A stretch of 64,000 nucleotides of DNA from an uncultured Gammaproteobacteria bacterium (GCA_913050095.1 CAJXAV010000002.1:4797-68796), one strand, 5' to 3'. Shown: positions 28,225-39,517, counted from the first letter of the stretch. The notes: generated by a model not told the origin, from the sequence alone. Translations and numbers: made by a program.

Positions 28225-29154
28225 ATGATGAGAAGTTTAGATAAAGATTATTTATCAAAAGCAATAAAGGATTTTTGCAAAGGAACTTCCGTTTCTAGTG
28301 GTAAGTTCTCATGTGAAGCTCCTGGTTCCGTAAAAGACTTAGAGTGGAACCATATGGATCAGTCTCATAGACCATATATTCACTCAACATATAACGACGA
28401 GCTGAGAATTTCTATAGGAGAGAATTTTGCAAATTCACTTACAAAATGGGGTAATTGGCCATTTTTCTTAAATGTAATGGACGTTCGTGTTAAGGATGGT
28501 CAGTATTATCAAACTTTTACAATCGGTGGTCTTATATATGTCCATACTGTTATAGAAATGGGTTATATAAATGAAAGTAAGAGTTCATTAGAAATTAATT
28601 GGCATATATCATCGCACTGGATCTTAAAACCTATACATAAATTTTTAAACAGAAAAATTTATAAATTAAATATAAGACTTCAAGAAGAAGATTATGTGAT
28701 TAGAGATCAAAGGTATAAATTAAGAGAAAAGGGCTACAATTTTAGATCTGACCCGCCAAATTATTATAGTTCAAATATGTTAACGCACAACACGATATAC
28801 CCACCTTTAGGCAACACTTTAAAATTAAAAATATCTGAATTTGTAGAATCAAATTCTCTTGATAACGAAAAAAATAAAAATTTGTATAAGTTTGGAAAAG
28901 ATGATACTTCATTTATTATAAAAAAAATATCTGAAGATGAATTTTGTATTTGGCCATCTGTTTGCCCACATGAAGGAGCTTCATTAGAAGATGCAAATTT
29001 TTGCAAAAATAGTGTTAAATGTCCTTGGCATGGTTTGAGCTTTACTGGGGTATCACTTTCATCAAAAAATAACTGTATTTCAAAATATGGATTTACTTAT
29101 AAGCTTGATGAAGAATATATTAAAATTGATGATGATAGATCAATAAAAGACTAA
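28225..29154 (+). CDS. Rieske [2Fe-2S] domain protein with apparent non-heme iron oxygenase motif; Rieske domain is C-terminal
   Basis: C-terminal CPHEG-x16-CPWHG Rieske box. N-terminal region has EWNHMDQSHRPYIH (E-x4-D-x2-H-x4-H). Start moved to the ATG at 28225; the ORF track's 28087 start overlaps the previous gene. Confidence 0.45.
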   Translation: MMRSLDKDYLSKAIKDFCKGTSVSSGKFSCEAPGSVKDLEWNHMDQSHRPYIHSTYNDELRISIGENFANSLTKWGNWPFFLNVMDVRVKDGQYYQTFTIGGLIYVHTVIEMGYINESKSSLEINWHISSHWILKPIHKFLNRKIYKLNIRLQEEDYVIRDQRYKLREKGYNFRSDPPNYYSSNMLTHNTIYPPLGNTLKLKISEFVESNSLDNEKNKNLYKFGKDDTSFIIKKISEDEFCIWPSVCPHEGASLEDANFCKNSVKCPWHGLSFTGVSLSSKNNCISKYGFTYKLDEEYIKIDDDRSIKD

Positions 29155-29852
29155 ATTATTATTTTAAAAAATTTAAAAATATAAGTTCTTAAAATTGCAA
29201 GAGAAATACACCCACCATTGTAAAACACTCTCATCTTACTTTCACCGCCAATTCTATCTGGTTCGTCACCAGCAATTTCAAAAATTTTTAATTTTCTATT
29301 GCACGCAACCATTGAGGTCAATGGTTCAAAAACGGGACCAATTAGAAATTTTTTAAATTCAGGATATTTAACAATTGATATTTTAAATCCTCTATACATA
29401 ACAAGTGAGTCAGTAATTGGATAATTACCTAATAGCCTTATAAGTTTTGTGAAAACAAAATTCCCAAAAGCAGTTACAATATTATCATCGTAAGATTTTG
29501 CTGGTGGTAAATATCTTGATACTACAACTAAATCATAGCCTTTCCTCATTTCTTTTACTAACTCTGGAAGCTTTTCAGGAATACTATTACCATCCAGACT
29601 AAACTCAATAACTGAGTCTGTTTTTAAAGTTTCAATTGAGTCTATTACAGCCTCACTTAAACCCTTTCTAATTTGCGACATCACACGAATGTTTTGGGAG
29701 TATGCATACTCTACTGTGCCATCATTTGAACCACCATCAACAACTAGAATATCATCGAATAAATCTCTATCAATCTTAGGAAAGATCTCCTTAAATCCAT
29801 CAATCTCATTATATGTTGGAAGCAGCAACGTTATTGTTATATTATTTTTCAT
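29151..29852 (-). CDS. GT2 polyprenyl-phosphate glycosyltransferase (Dpm1/ArnC/GtrB-like)
   Basis: ITITLLLPTYNEIDGFKEIFPKI...ILVVDGGSNDGT. The short 233-aa size is typical of Dpm1-like enzymes. Confidence 0.55.
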   Translation of the reverse strand: MKNNITITLLLPTYNEIDGFKEIFPKIDRDLFDDILVVDGGSNDGTVEYAYSQNIRVMSQIRKGLSEAVIDSIETLKTDSVIEFSLDGNSIPEKLPELVKEMRKGYDLVVVSRYLPPAKSYDDNIVTAFGNFVFTKLIRLLGNYPITDSLVMYRGFKISIVKYPEFKKFLIGPVFEPLTSMVACNRKLKIFEIAGDEPDRIGGESKMRVFYNGGCISLAILRTYIFKFFKIII

Positions 29853-29903
29853 TTTTGTAGACGACTAAAATTTTTTAAATCCAAAAGAATTGTACCATAG
29901 TTT

Positions 29904-30836
29904 TTATTTATTAAAATTATCTAAATAAGTATGGTATGTTTTTTCTAGACCATCAAAAAGACTTATAGATGGTTTCCAACCAAGATTTTGTATTTTTGAT
30001 GAGTCTAGTATTTTTCTTGGTATACCATCGGGTTTAGATTCATCAAATATTATTTGACCCTTGTAGTCAACTACTTTAGATATTAATTTTGCAAGTTCTT
30101 TAATTGTAACTTCTTCACCTGTACCAAGATTTACTGGCGAGCTCTCAAAATAATTCTCTAGCAAGAAAATTATACCTGATGCCATATCATCTACGTGAAG
30201 GAATTCCCTTTTTACTTTTCCTGTCCCCCAAACTTCAACAGAATCATTATTATTAATTTTAGCGTTATGAAATTTTTGAATTAATGCTGGTATTACGTGA
30301 TTTGTTTTTTCGTCATAACAATCATTTGGGCCATAACTTGCAGCTGGAATAATTGATATATATTTTCTATTGTGCTGGATGTTCATAAATTCAACTAATT
30401 TTGTGCCAAGAATTTTTGCAAGACCATATCCTTCATTAGTTTTTTCAATCTTTCCATCAAGAATTGCTGATTCATGAAATGGTTGTTTTGAATTTTTTGG
30501 ATACATACAGCTTGCGCCAAGAAAAACTAATCTTTTACAATTTATTTCATTAGCACCATTAATTATATTTAAAGCTATCATAGAATTTTGATACAAAAAG
30601 TCTAAAGGATATTTTGAATTTACTTGGATACCACCAACAAGAGCTGATGTAATAATAATAGTATCTGGAATATTTTTTTCTAGCCATCTTTTAGTTTCGT
30701 ACTGATTGGTTTGATCAAAATCTTCTTTTGTTGATTCTAATATGTTGTAGGATTGTGATTTAGATATAAATCTTTTGATAGCTTGACCAACCATTCCATT
30801 AGAGCCTGTTATCCAAATTTTATTTTTATTTTTCAT
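29904..30836 (-). CDS. fcl: GDP-L-fucose synthase (GDP-4-keto-6-deoxy-D-mannose 3,5-epimerase/4-reductase) family
   Basis: KIWITGSNGMVGQAI; SYGPNDCYDEKTNHVIPALIQKFHNAK. Very Fcl-like. Confidence 0.65.
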   Translation of the reverse strand: MKNKNKIWITGSNGMVGQAIKRFISKSQSYNILESTKEDFDQTNQYETKRWLEKNIPDTIIITSALVGGIQVNSKYPLDFLYQNSMIALNIINGANEINCKRLVFLGASCMYPKNSKQPFHESAILDGKIEKTNEGYGLAKILGTKLVEFMNIQHNRKYISIIPAASYGPNDCYDEKTNHVIPALIQKFHNAKINNNDSVEVWGTGKVKREFLHVDDMASGIIFLLENYFESSPVNLGTGEEVTIKELAKLISKVVDYKGQIIFDESKPDGIPRKILDSSKIQNLGWKPSISLFDGLEKTYHTYLDNFNK

Positions 30837-31377
30837 TTAATATCCAATGTAGAGCTCCTGTGGCATAAGTAATACCTATAAAATCTTTATTTTTTAGAGC
30901 TAATTTTACTTTTTCTTTATTCATCCAAATAATTTCTGGATTCTCAATATCTTTATTTACTGGGTCTTGTATTTTTTCAATATCTGAAACCAATATAAAT
31001 GTTAATTTACTAAACATATAGCTGCCACTAACAATATAATCATTAATAATATCAAAAGAATTTGCTGAATAACCAGTCTCTTCTAATAACTCTCTTTTGG
31101 CAGCATCTATTGAATTTTCTCCTTTCTCAATTCCACCAGCAGGAAACGTTATAGATTCGCAATTAATTCCATGCCTATATTCTTTATAAGTTAATAATTC
31201 TCCATTTTTATTTTTCACAAGAAGCATTACTGCATCCTTTATTTCTATTCTATGATAATCATCGATTACCTTCCCGTTAGGTAATTTAACCTTATCAATA
31301 CTTATTTTAATATGTGGTGAACCGTCATAAACTAATTTTCTTGATAAAATTTTCCAGTTTTTGCTTTTTTCTTCCAT
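30826..31377 (-). CDS. NUDIX hydrolase (by context possibly a GDP-sugar hydrolase, Gmm-like)
   Basis: Nudix box GGIEKGENSIDAAKRELLEETGY. Sits between two Fcl-like genes. Confidence 0.55.
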   Translation of the reverse strand: MEEKSKNWKILSRKLVYDGSPHIKISIDKVKLPNGKVIDDYHRIEIKDAVMLLVKNKNGELLTYKEYRHGINCESITFPAGGIEKGENSIDAAKRELLEETGYSANSFDIINDYIVSGSYMFSKLTFILVSDIEKIQDPVNKDIENPEIIWMNKEKVKLALKNKDFIGITYATGALHWILNEK

Positions 31378-32318
31378 TAGGCAATATTATTTTTCCACCA
31401 TTTAATAGTTTTATTAATACCATCTTCTATGGATACTTTTGGATACCAACCGAGATCTTTTCTAGCTTTTTTACAATTTAGATGTAAATCAAAAGGTATT
31501 GTAGGCTTATTTTTATTGAAATTTATTTTTAAAGGTTTTTTTGAACCTTTTACAATTAAATTACATAACTTTTTGATTGATACCGCTTTACCAGATCCAC
31601 AATTATATATTTCATAAAATGATTTCTGCTTATTGATAGATAATTTTATAAAAGAGATAAGATCATCAATATATAGAAAATCTCTAATTTCTGATCCATC
31701 ACCCCAGACATCAAGCTTACTATTTGCGTTCATTACTTTTGTAATCGTGGCTCCAAATACATGACTTTTATCTAAATCATATTTATCATGTGGGCCATAA
31801 ATATTCGAGTGCCTAATTATAGTATGCTTGGTTAAGCCTAAAGATGAAAAGAATTTTGCTATTTTTTCAATATAAACTTTTGTTTCACCAACACCCTTGT
31901 ACTTTTCAATTATTTCTCCTGTAAAATGATTCTCACTAGTAGCTTTCTTTGAAGATGGATACATAACAGTGCAGCTTGTAAATATAAAATGTTTAACTTT
32001 GTTATCAAAACATGACCTTAATATATATGAGTTCATTATGGCGTTATCTGTTACATGAACGTAAGGCGTAGAAACTATATCTTTTGAGCCAGATGTTGTA
32101 GCTGCCAACTGTATAACAATATCAATATTTTTTGTGAGACTATTTACAGATTTAGGGTTTCTTAAGTCGGCTTTGTGCCAGATTACATTTTTTGGTGTTT
32201 TATAAGCATTTCTTTTGAATCTTACGGCATGCACCTCATAATTTTTGTTTTTAGATAGAGCAAGTGTTACGTTTTTACCAATAAATCCAGTAGCACCACA
32301 TATTAAAATTTTTTTCAT
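31377..32318 (-). CDS. NAD(P)-dependent epimerase/dehydratase, Fcl-like
   Basis: KILICGATGFIGKNV; YGPHDKYDLDKSHVFGATI. Confidence 0.55.
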   Translation of the reverse strand: MKKILICGATGFIGKNVTLALSKNKNYEVHAVRFKRNAYKTPKNVIWHKADLRNPKSVNSLTKNIDIVIQLAATTSGSKDIVSTPYVHVTDNAIMNSYILRSCFDNKVKHFIFTSCTVMYPSSKKATSENHFTGEIIEKYKGVGETKVYIEKIAKFFSSLGLTKHTIIRHSNIYGPHDKYDLDKSHVFGATITKVMNANSKLDVWGDGSEIRDFLYIDDLISFIKLSINKQKSFYEIYNCGSGKAVSIKKLCNLIVKGSKKPLKINFNKNKPTIPFDLHLNCKKARKDLGWYPKVSIEDGINKTIKWWKNNIA

Positions 32319-32380
32319 TTTATTTCCTTATTAATAATATATTATGTCATGTAGCTAATAACCACTATTAATATAACATA

Positions 32381-34497
<2,117 letters not shown>

Positions 34498-34526
34498 CAA
34501 ATTAATATAATAATAAAGGAAATTTT

Positions 34527-34838
34527 ATGAACTTAATTAATAATGCATACGCACAATCTACTCCGGCTGATAGCGGAATGAGCATGGTCATAATGATCGG
34601 AATATTTTTTATAATAATGTATTTTATGATTATTAGACCACAAAATAAAAGAGTGAAAGAGCATAATAAATTAATTGAATCCTTAAGCAATGGCACTGAA
34701 GTTGTAGTATCAAATGGGATAATGGGTAAAATCATAAAAATAAAAGATGATGTTGTGGAATTAGAAGTTTCAGCAGGAATGTCAATCAAGGTGAGGAAAA
34801 ATTCTATAACTACTGTACTGCCTAAAGGGTCTATATAA
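34527..34838 (+). CDS. yajC: Preprotein translocase subunit YajC
   Basis: 103 aa with a single TM. Gene order tgt-yajC-secD-secF. Confidence 0.8.
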   Translation: MNLINNAYAQSTPADSGMSMVIMIGIFFIIMYFMIIRPQNKRVKEHNKLIESLSNGTEVVVSNGIMGKIIKIKDDVVELEVSAGMSIKVRKNSITTVLPKGSI

Positions 34839-34846
34839 AATTTAAT

Positions 34847-36472
34847 ATGAAAATTTTATCTGTAAAGCAAATATTGGTAATAATTGTATTTATGTTTGGT
34901 GTAATTTATTCTATGCCAACATTTTTAAATGAAGTACCTTCATGGCTGACCTCTATTAATGCAAAGAAAATGAACTTAGGACTTGATCTTAAAGGTGGCG
35001 TGCATTTTCTTATGGAGGTAGATTTAAACGAAGTATCGAAAAGCAAATCTAAAAAATTATCAAATGACATAAGGTCTGAGCTTAGAAAAGAAAAAATTAG
35101 ATATAATAATTTTAATTATTCAGGAAAAGTAATTGAAATTAATTTCATTGATGTAATTTCGTATGATAAAGCAAAAAAATTAGTTGAAGAAAGTTATCAA
35201 AATACATTTGAAATACAAAAAATAGAAAATACTAAAATGATGTTAAGTATATCTGAAAGTTTTTTAAATGAATTAAGAATTGCAGCTATTAAACAAAATA
35301 TTACAACTTTGAGAAATAGAGTAAATGAACTTGGTGTTGCTGAGCCTATAGTACAGCAAAGCGGTAAAACTAGAATAGTTGTAGAATTACCAGGCATAAA
35401 AGATACAACAAGAGCTAAGGAAATTATTGGTGCAACGGCAACCTTAGAATTCAAAATGGTTGACGAGGATTCAGATTCATATCTGTCTAATGAGTCTAAA
35501 CAAAGTTCTTTCGGATCAAAACTATATTATGATGATAATGGTCAGCCTGTAATGTTAAAAAGGAATGTGATACTTACAGGCGAAAACATTGTTGATGCGT
35601 CCTCTGGTTTTGATAATAATTCTAGACCTTCAGTTAATATCACCCTAGATGGCCCCGGTGCAAAAAGGTTCGCAAATACGACTGACGAAAATATTGGAAA
35701 ACTAATGGCAGTTTTATTTATTGAAAGTAAATCAGAAAATAAAGTTGTTAATGGAAAAAGTAAAAGAGTAACAAAAAAATATGAAAAAATTATCAGTTTA
35801 GCGACGATTCAGGAAAGACTTTCGAAAAAATTCCAAATAACAGGGTTAGATAGCCCAAAGCAAGCGAGAGATTTGGCATTATATTTAAGAGCAGGATCTA
35901 TGGCAGCTCCAATGTACATAGTCGAGGAAAGAACAGTTGGTCCAAGTTTAGGAGCTGATAATATTGAGAAAGGAAAAATCTCTGTCATTATAGGATTAAT
36001 TTTAGTTTTAATTTTCATGTTTTTTTATTATAGAACATTTGGTCTGTTTGCAAATTTTGCGTTAGTACTTAATATTTTAATTATTGTTTCTGTGATGTCT
36101 TTAATACCAGGCGCAACTTTAACATTACCTGGAATCGCAGGTATTGTTTTAACCGTAGGAATGGCTGTTGACGCTAATGTTTTAATTTTTGAAAGGATCA
36201 AAGAAGAGATTAATAATGGATCAACTCCATTAGCTTCTATTGAATTAGGTTACAAGAAAGCATTTTCAACAATTGCTGACGCAAATATAACAACTCTTAT
36301 AGCATCAATTATCTTATTTATTTTTGGAACAGGTCCTATTAAAGGTTTTGCTGTAACTTTATCAATTGGAGTAATATCATCAATGTTTACAGCTATTATT
36401 GTCACAAGAGTTCTTGCTAATTTAGCATATGAAAGAAATTTAAATATAAAAACAAAAGCATTAAATATATGA
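34847..36472 (+). CDS. secD: Protein translocase subunit SecD
   Basis: Large periplasmic domain plus C-terminal 6 TM with GLDLKGGVHF. Confidence 0.85.
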   Translation: MKILSVKQILVIIVFMFGVIYSMPTFLNEVPSWLTSINAKKMNLGLDLKGGVHFLMEVDLNEVSKSKSKKLSNDIRSELRKEKIRYNNFNYSGKVIEINFIDVISYDKAKKLVEESYQNTFEIQKIENTKMMLSISESFLNELRIAAIKQNITTLRNRVNELGVAEPIVQQSGKTRIVVELPGIKDTTRAKEIIGATATLEFKMVDEDSDSYLSNESKQSSFGSKLYYDDNGQPVMLKRNVILTGENIVDASSGFDNNSRPSVNITLDGPGAKRFANTTDENIGKLMAVLFIESKSENKVVNGKSKRVTKKYEKIISLATIQERLSKKFQITGLDSPKQARDLALYLRAGSMAAPMYIVEERTVGPSLGADNIEKGKISVIIGLILVLIFMFFYYRTFGLFANFALVLNILIIVSVMSLIPGATLTLPGIAGIVLTVGMAVDANVLIFERIKEEINNGSTPLASIELGYKKAFSTIADANITTLIASIILFIFGTGPIKGFAVTLSIGVISSMFTAIIVTRVLANLAYERNLNIKTKALNI

Positions 36473-37386
36473 AAATTATAAATACAAATTTTGAATTTAT
36501 GAAGTGGCACAAACATGCTATTTATACTTCAACATTTATTATATTTGTCTCTTTAATCAGTGTTTTTACAAAAGGGCTAAATTACGGTGTTGATTTTAAT
36601 GGGGGTACTATTATTGAAATTAGTTTTAATGAAAGTGCCCCAATAAATGATATTAGAAATCATTTAAAAGAAAAAAATTATAAAAAATCATCTGTTCAAT
36701 TTTTTGGATCAGAAAAAGATATTTTGATTAGAATGCCAAATATAATTTCTGTTAATGAGGCTACTCTAAGCAATACTTTAATTCAGGAATTAGGCGATAA
36801 ATATGAGTTTGATTTAAAGAGGGTAGAATATGTAGGCGCGCAGGTAGGTGAAGAATTAAGAGATCAAGGTATTATGGCTGCATTAATCGCTTTAATGTTA
36901 ATAATGCTATACATAGCACTTCGTTTTGAATATCGATTTTCTATAGGAGCCATTTTAGCTTTATTACATGATGTGTTTTTAATAATCGGCATATTTTCTA
37001 TTACTCAAATTGAATTTAACCTAAGTGTTTTTGCCGCAATTCTTGCCGTGATTGGATATTCCTTAAACGATACAATCGTCGTTTTTGATAGAATACGAGA
37101 AAATTTTAAATCTACTATTACTGAAAATATTAATACAGAAGATATTATGAACCAGTCTATAAATCAAACTTTATCAAGAACATTGATAACATCTTTAACA
37201 ACAATTTTAGTTCTTATTTCTTTAATGTTATTTGGTGGTGAGATACTTTTTGGCTTTTCTTTTGCTCTTTTAGTTGGTGTTATTATTGGAACTTATTCAT
37301 CTATATATATCGCAAGTTCGACATTGCTAATAATGAATATTTCGGTCAAAGATGTAACTATTGAAATTGATGAAGAACGACCTTGA
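36469..37386 (+). CDS. secF: Protein translocase subunit SecF
   Basis: GVDFNGGT motif. Overlaps the secD stop. Confidence 0.85.
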   Translation: MKIINTNFEFMKWHKHAIYTSTFIIFVSLISVFTKGLNYGVDFNGGTIIEISFNESAPINDIRNHLKEKNYKKSSVQFFGSEKDILIRMPNIISVNEATLSNTLIQELGDKYEFDLKRVEYVGAQVGEELRDQGIMAALIALMLIMLYIALRFEYRFSIGAILALLHDVFLIIGIFSITQIEFNLSVFAAILAVIGYSLNDTIVVFDRIRENFKSTITENINTEDIMNQSINQTLSRTLITSLTTILVLISLMLFGGEILFGFSFALLVGVIIGTYSSIYIASSTLLIMNISVKDVTIEIDEERP

Positions 37387-37388
37387 AT

Positions 37389-38189
37389 TTATAAAAGATT
37401 TTCTTGAAGTTCATTTATAATACTTTGATGTAAGGATAAGTTTGCTGCCAATACATTTCCTGAATCAAAATATCCGTCTGTATTTTTTATGTCGCTTATG
37501 TGACCACCAGCTTCAGATACTATTATAGATCCCGCTGCTATATCCCATGGCTTAAGGTTAAATTCCCAAAATCCATCTAGTCTTCCGGAAGCAACATATG
37601 CTAAGTCTAATGCTGCAGCACCAAGTCGTCTTATACTTCCGCACCTAGCATCCATAAGCGTTCTTAAGGTTTCAATATAAACTCCAGAGTGATCCTTTTT
37701 TCTGTAAGGTATACCAGTCCCTAAAACTGCTGATTTTAATGAGCTACAATTTGCAACTCTAATTTTTTTATCATTCATAAGGGCACCTTTGCCCTTTTCA
37801 GCACAAAAAAGTTCATTTTTAAAAGGATCGTAAACTACTCCGAGAATAGGAACTTTGTTTTTACATAAACCTATAGATACTGCGAACTGGGGAATACCAT
37901 GTATAAAGTTTGTTGTGCCGTCAAGTGGATCTATATACCATTCATATTCAGATACAATATCATTTGAACCGCTTTCTTCAGCTGTAATTTTGTATTTTGG
38001 ATATGATTTTATCAATGATTCAGTAATAATTTTTTCGGACTCTTGATCTGCTTCTGATACATAATCATTAAAACCTTTTGACATAACTTTCAAGTTTTCA
38101 AGTCTTGAATAAAATCTCATTATAGACTTACCAGCTAGAACTGCAGTATTAGCTGCTATATTTAGTTGAGGGCTATATGAATTGTACAT
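37389..38189 (-). CDS. suhB: Inositol monophosphatase family protein
   Basis: WYIDPLDGTTNF motif. Divergent from trmJ as in E. coli. Confidence 0.8.
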   Translation of the reverse strand: MYNSYSPQLNIAANTAVLAGKSIMRFYSRLENLKVMSKGFNDYVSEADQESEKIITESLIKSYPKYKITAEESGSNDIVSEYEWYIDPLDGTTNFIHGIPQFAVSIGLCKNKVPILGVVYDPFKNELFCAEKGKGALMNDKKIRVANCSSLKSAVLGTGIPYRKKDHSGVYIETLRTLMDARCGSIRRLGAAALDLAYVASGRLDGFWEFNLKPWDIAAGSIIVSEAGGHISDIKNTDGYFDSGNVLAANLSLHQSIINELQENLL

Positions 38190-38271
38190 AATTATTACTT
38201 TAAGATTATTAATTGATGTTACTATAATACATAATCAATTTATTATCATAAATATTATATATACATAAGAA

Positions 38272-38991
38272 ATGATTGAGTCTTCAAAAATTAAAATAGT
38301 TTTGGTAGAAACAAGTCATCCGGGAAATATTGGCTCAGCTGCTAGAGCAATGAAAACAATGGGATTTTATAATTTATTTTTAGTAAACCCAAAGTGTGAA
38401 ATAAATGAAATTTCTTATGCAATGGCATCAAATGCGAGTGATGTTTTAGATAAAGCAATAGTCTCAAATAATTTAGAGGAAATTATTGGTGATTGTAGTT
38501 TAATCATTGGCGCAACAGCTCGACAACGTGATATACCATTAGAAATAATTAATCCTCGTGAGTTATCTAAAGAAATCCATTTTAATGATTTCCAGAAAAT
38601 AGCAATTTTGTTAGGAAATGAAGCAAGAGGTTTAACAAATAAGCAACTCTCCTTGTGTACGAAAGGTCTTCATATTCCATCAAATAAGAATTATACAAGT
38701 TTAAATATAGCATCTTCTCTACAAATAATACTTTACGAATTATTATTTGAATCAAAAAATGAATTATCAAATATAAACAAAATTGATAAAAACGACGTAG
38801 CAACTAATGACAAATTAATAAATTTTTTTAATCATTTAGATATAGTCCTTAAAGAAATTAATTTTATCAAAGACGATAGACCAATGATTTCAAGGAAAAT
38901 TAGGCAAATTTATAAGAAAGCGAATTTATCTGATGAAGAAATTAACATTTTGCGCGGTATACTTAGTGCAATTGAGAATCATTCTCAATAA
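38272..38991 (+). CDS. trmJ: tRNA (cytidine/uridine-2'-O)-methyltransferase TrmJ (SpoU class)
   Basis: IVLVETSHPGNIGSAARAMKTMG. Lies upstream of iscR. Confidence 0.75.
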   Translation: MIESSKIKIVLVETSHPGNIGSAARAMKTMGFYNLFLVNPKCEINEISYAMASNASDVLDKAIVSNNLEEIIGDCSLIIGATARQRDIPLEIINPRELSKEIHFNDFQKIAILLGNEARGLTNKQLSLCTKGLHIPSNKNYTSLNIASSLQIILYELLFESKNELSNINKIDKNDVATNDKLINFFNHLDIVLKEINFIKDDRPMISRKIRQIYKKANLSDEEINILRGILSAIENHSQ

Positions 38992-39014
38992 AATCAATAA
39001 CATGTAAGTAAATA

Positions 39015-39041
39015 ATAGTTGACAACTTTACTGGGTTTAAT
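39015..39041 (+). promoter_or_regulatory. Putative IscR type-1 binding site overlapping a TTGACA -35 element of the isc promoter
   Basis: ATAGTTGACAACTTTACTGGGTTTAAT closely resembles the E. coli iscR promoter IscR site, recalled as ATAGTTGACCAATTTACTCGGGAAT. It lies about 40-65 nt upstream of the iscR ATG. Confidence 0.4.
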
Positions 39042-39079
39042 CATTATTGATGTATAAGTAAATAATGACTTAATGAAAT

Positions 39080-39517
39080 ATGAAATTAACTACAAAAAGT
39101 AGATATGCAGTAACAGCAATGCTAGATATTGCCTATTATGATAGAGGAAACCCAATTTCTTTGCCAGAAATTGCTGAAAGGCAGAATATTTCTTTATCAT
39201 ACCTTGAGCAGTTATTTTCAAGATTAAAAAAGAGTGGGCTTGTTGAGAGTATAAAAGGACCGGGAGGCGGATATAAGCTTTCAAAAGATGCGAATGAAAT
39301 AGTTATTTCAGATGTTATAAATGCAGTTGATGAAAATGTTGAAACAACAGCGTGCAATGGTAAAGCAAATTGTAACAACAATCATCAATGTTTGTCCCAT
39401 AATCTATGGGAAGACCTTGGAGCTGAAATTAATAATTTTTTATCAGACGTGACTTTGCAGCAAGTAATCTCAAAAAACAGTAGTTATTTAAAAGAGATTA
39501 AATTATCGGAGTATTAA
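39080..39517 (+). CDS. iscR: Fe-S cluster assembly transcriptional regulator IscR (Rrf2 family)
   Basis: MKLTTKSRYAVTAMLDIAY. Cys ligands present. Confidence 0.85.
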   Translation: MKLTTKSRYAVTAMLDIAYYDRGNPISLPEIAERQNISLSYLEQLFSRLKKSGLVESIKGPGGGYKLSKDANEIVISDVINAVDENVETTACNGKANCNNNHQCLSHNLWEDLGAEINNFLSDVTLQQVISKNSSYLKEIKLSEY

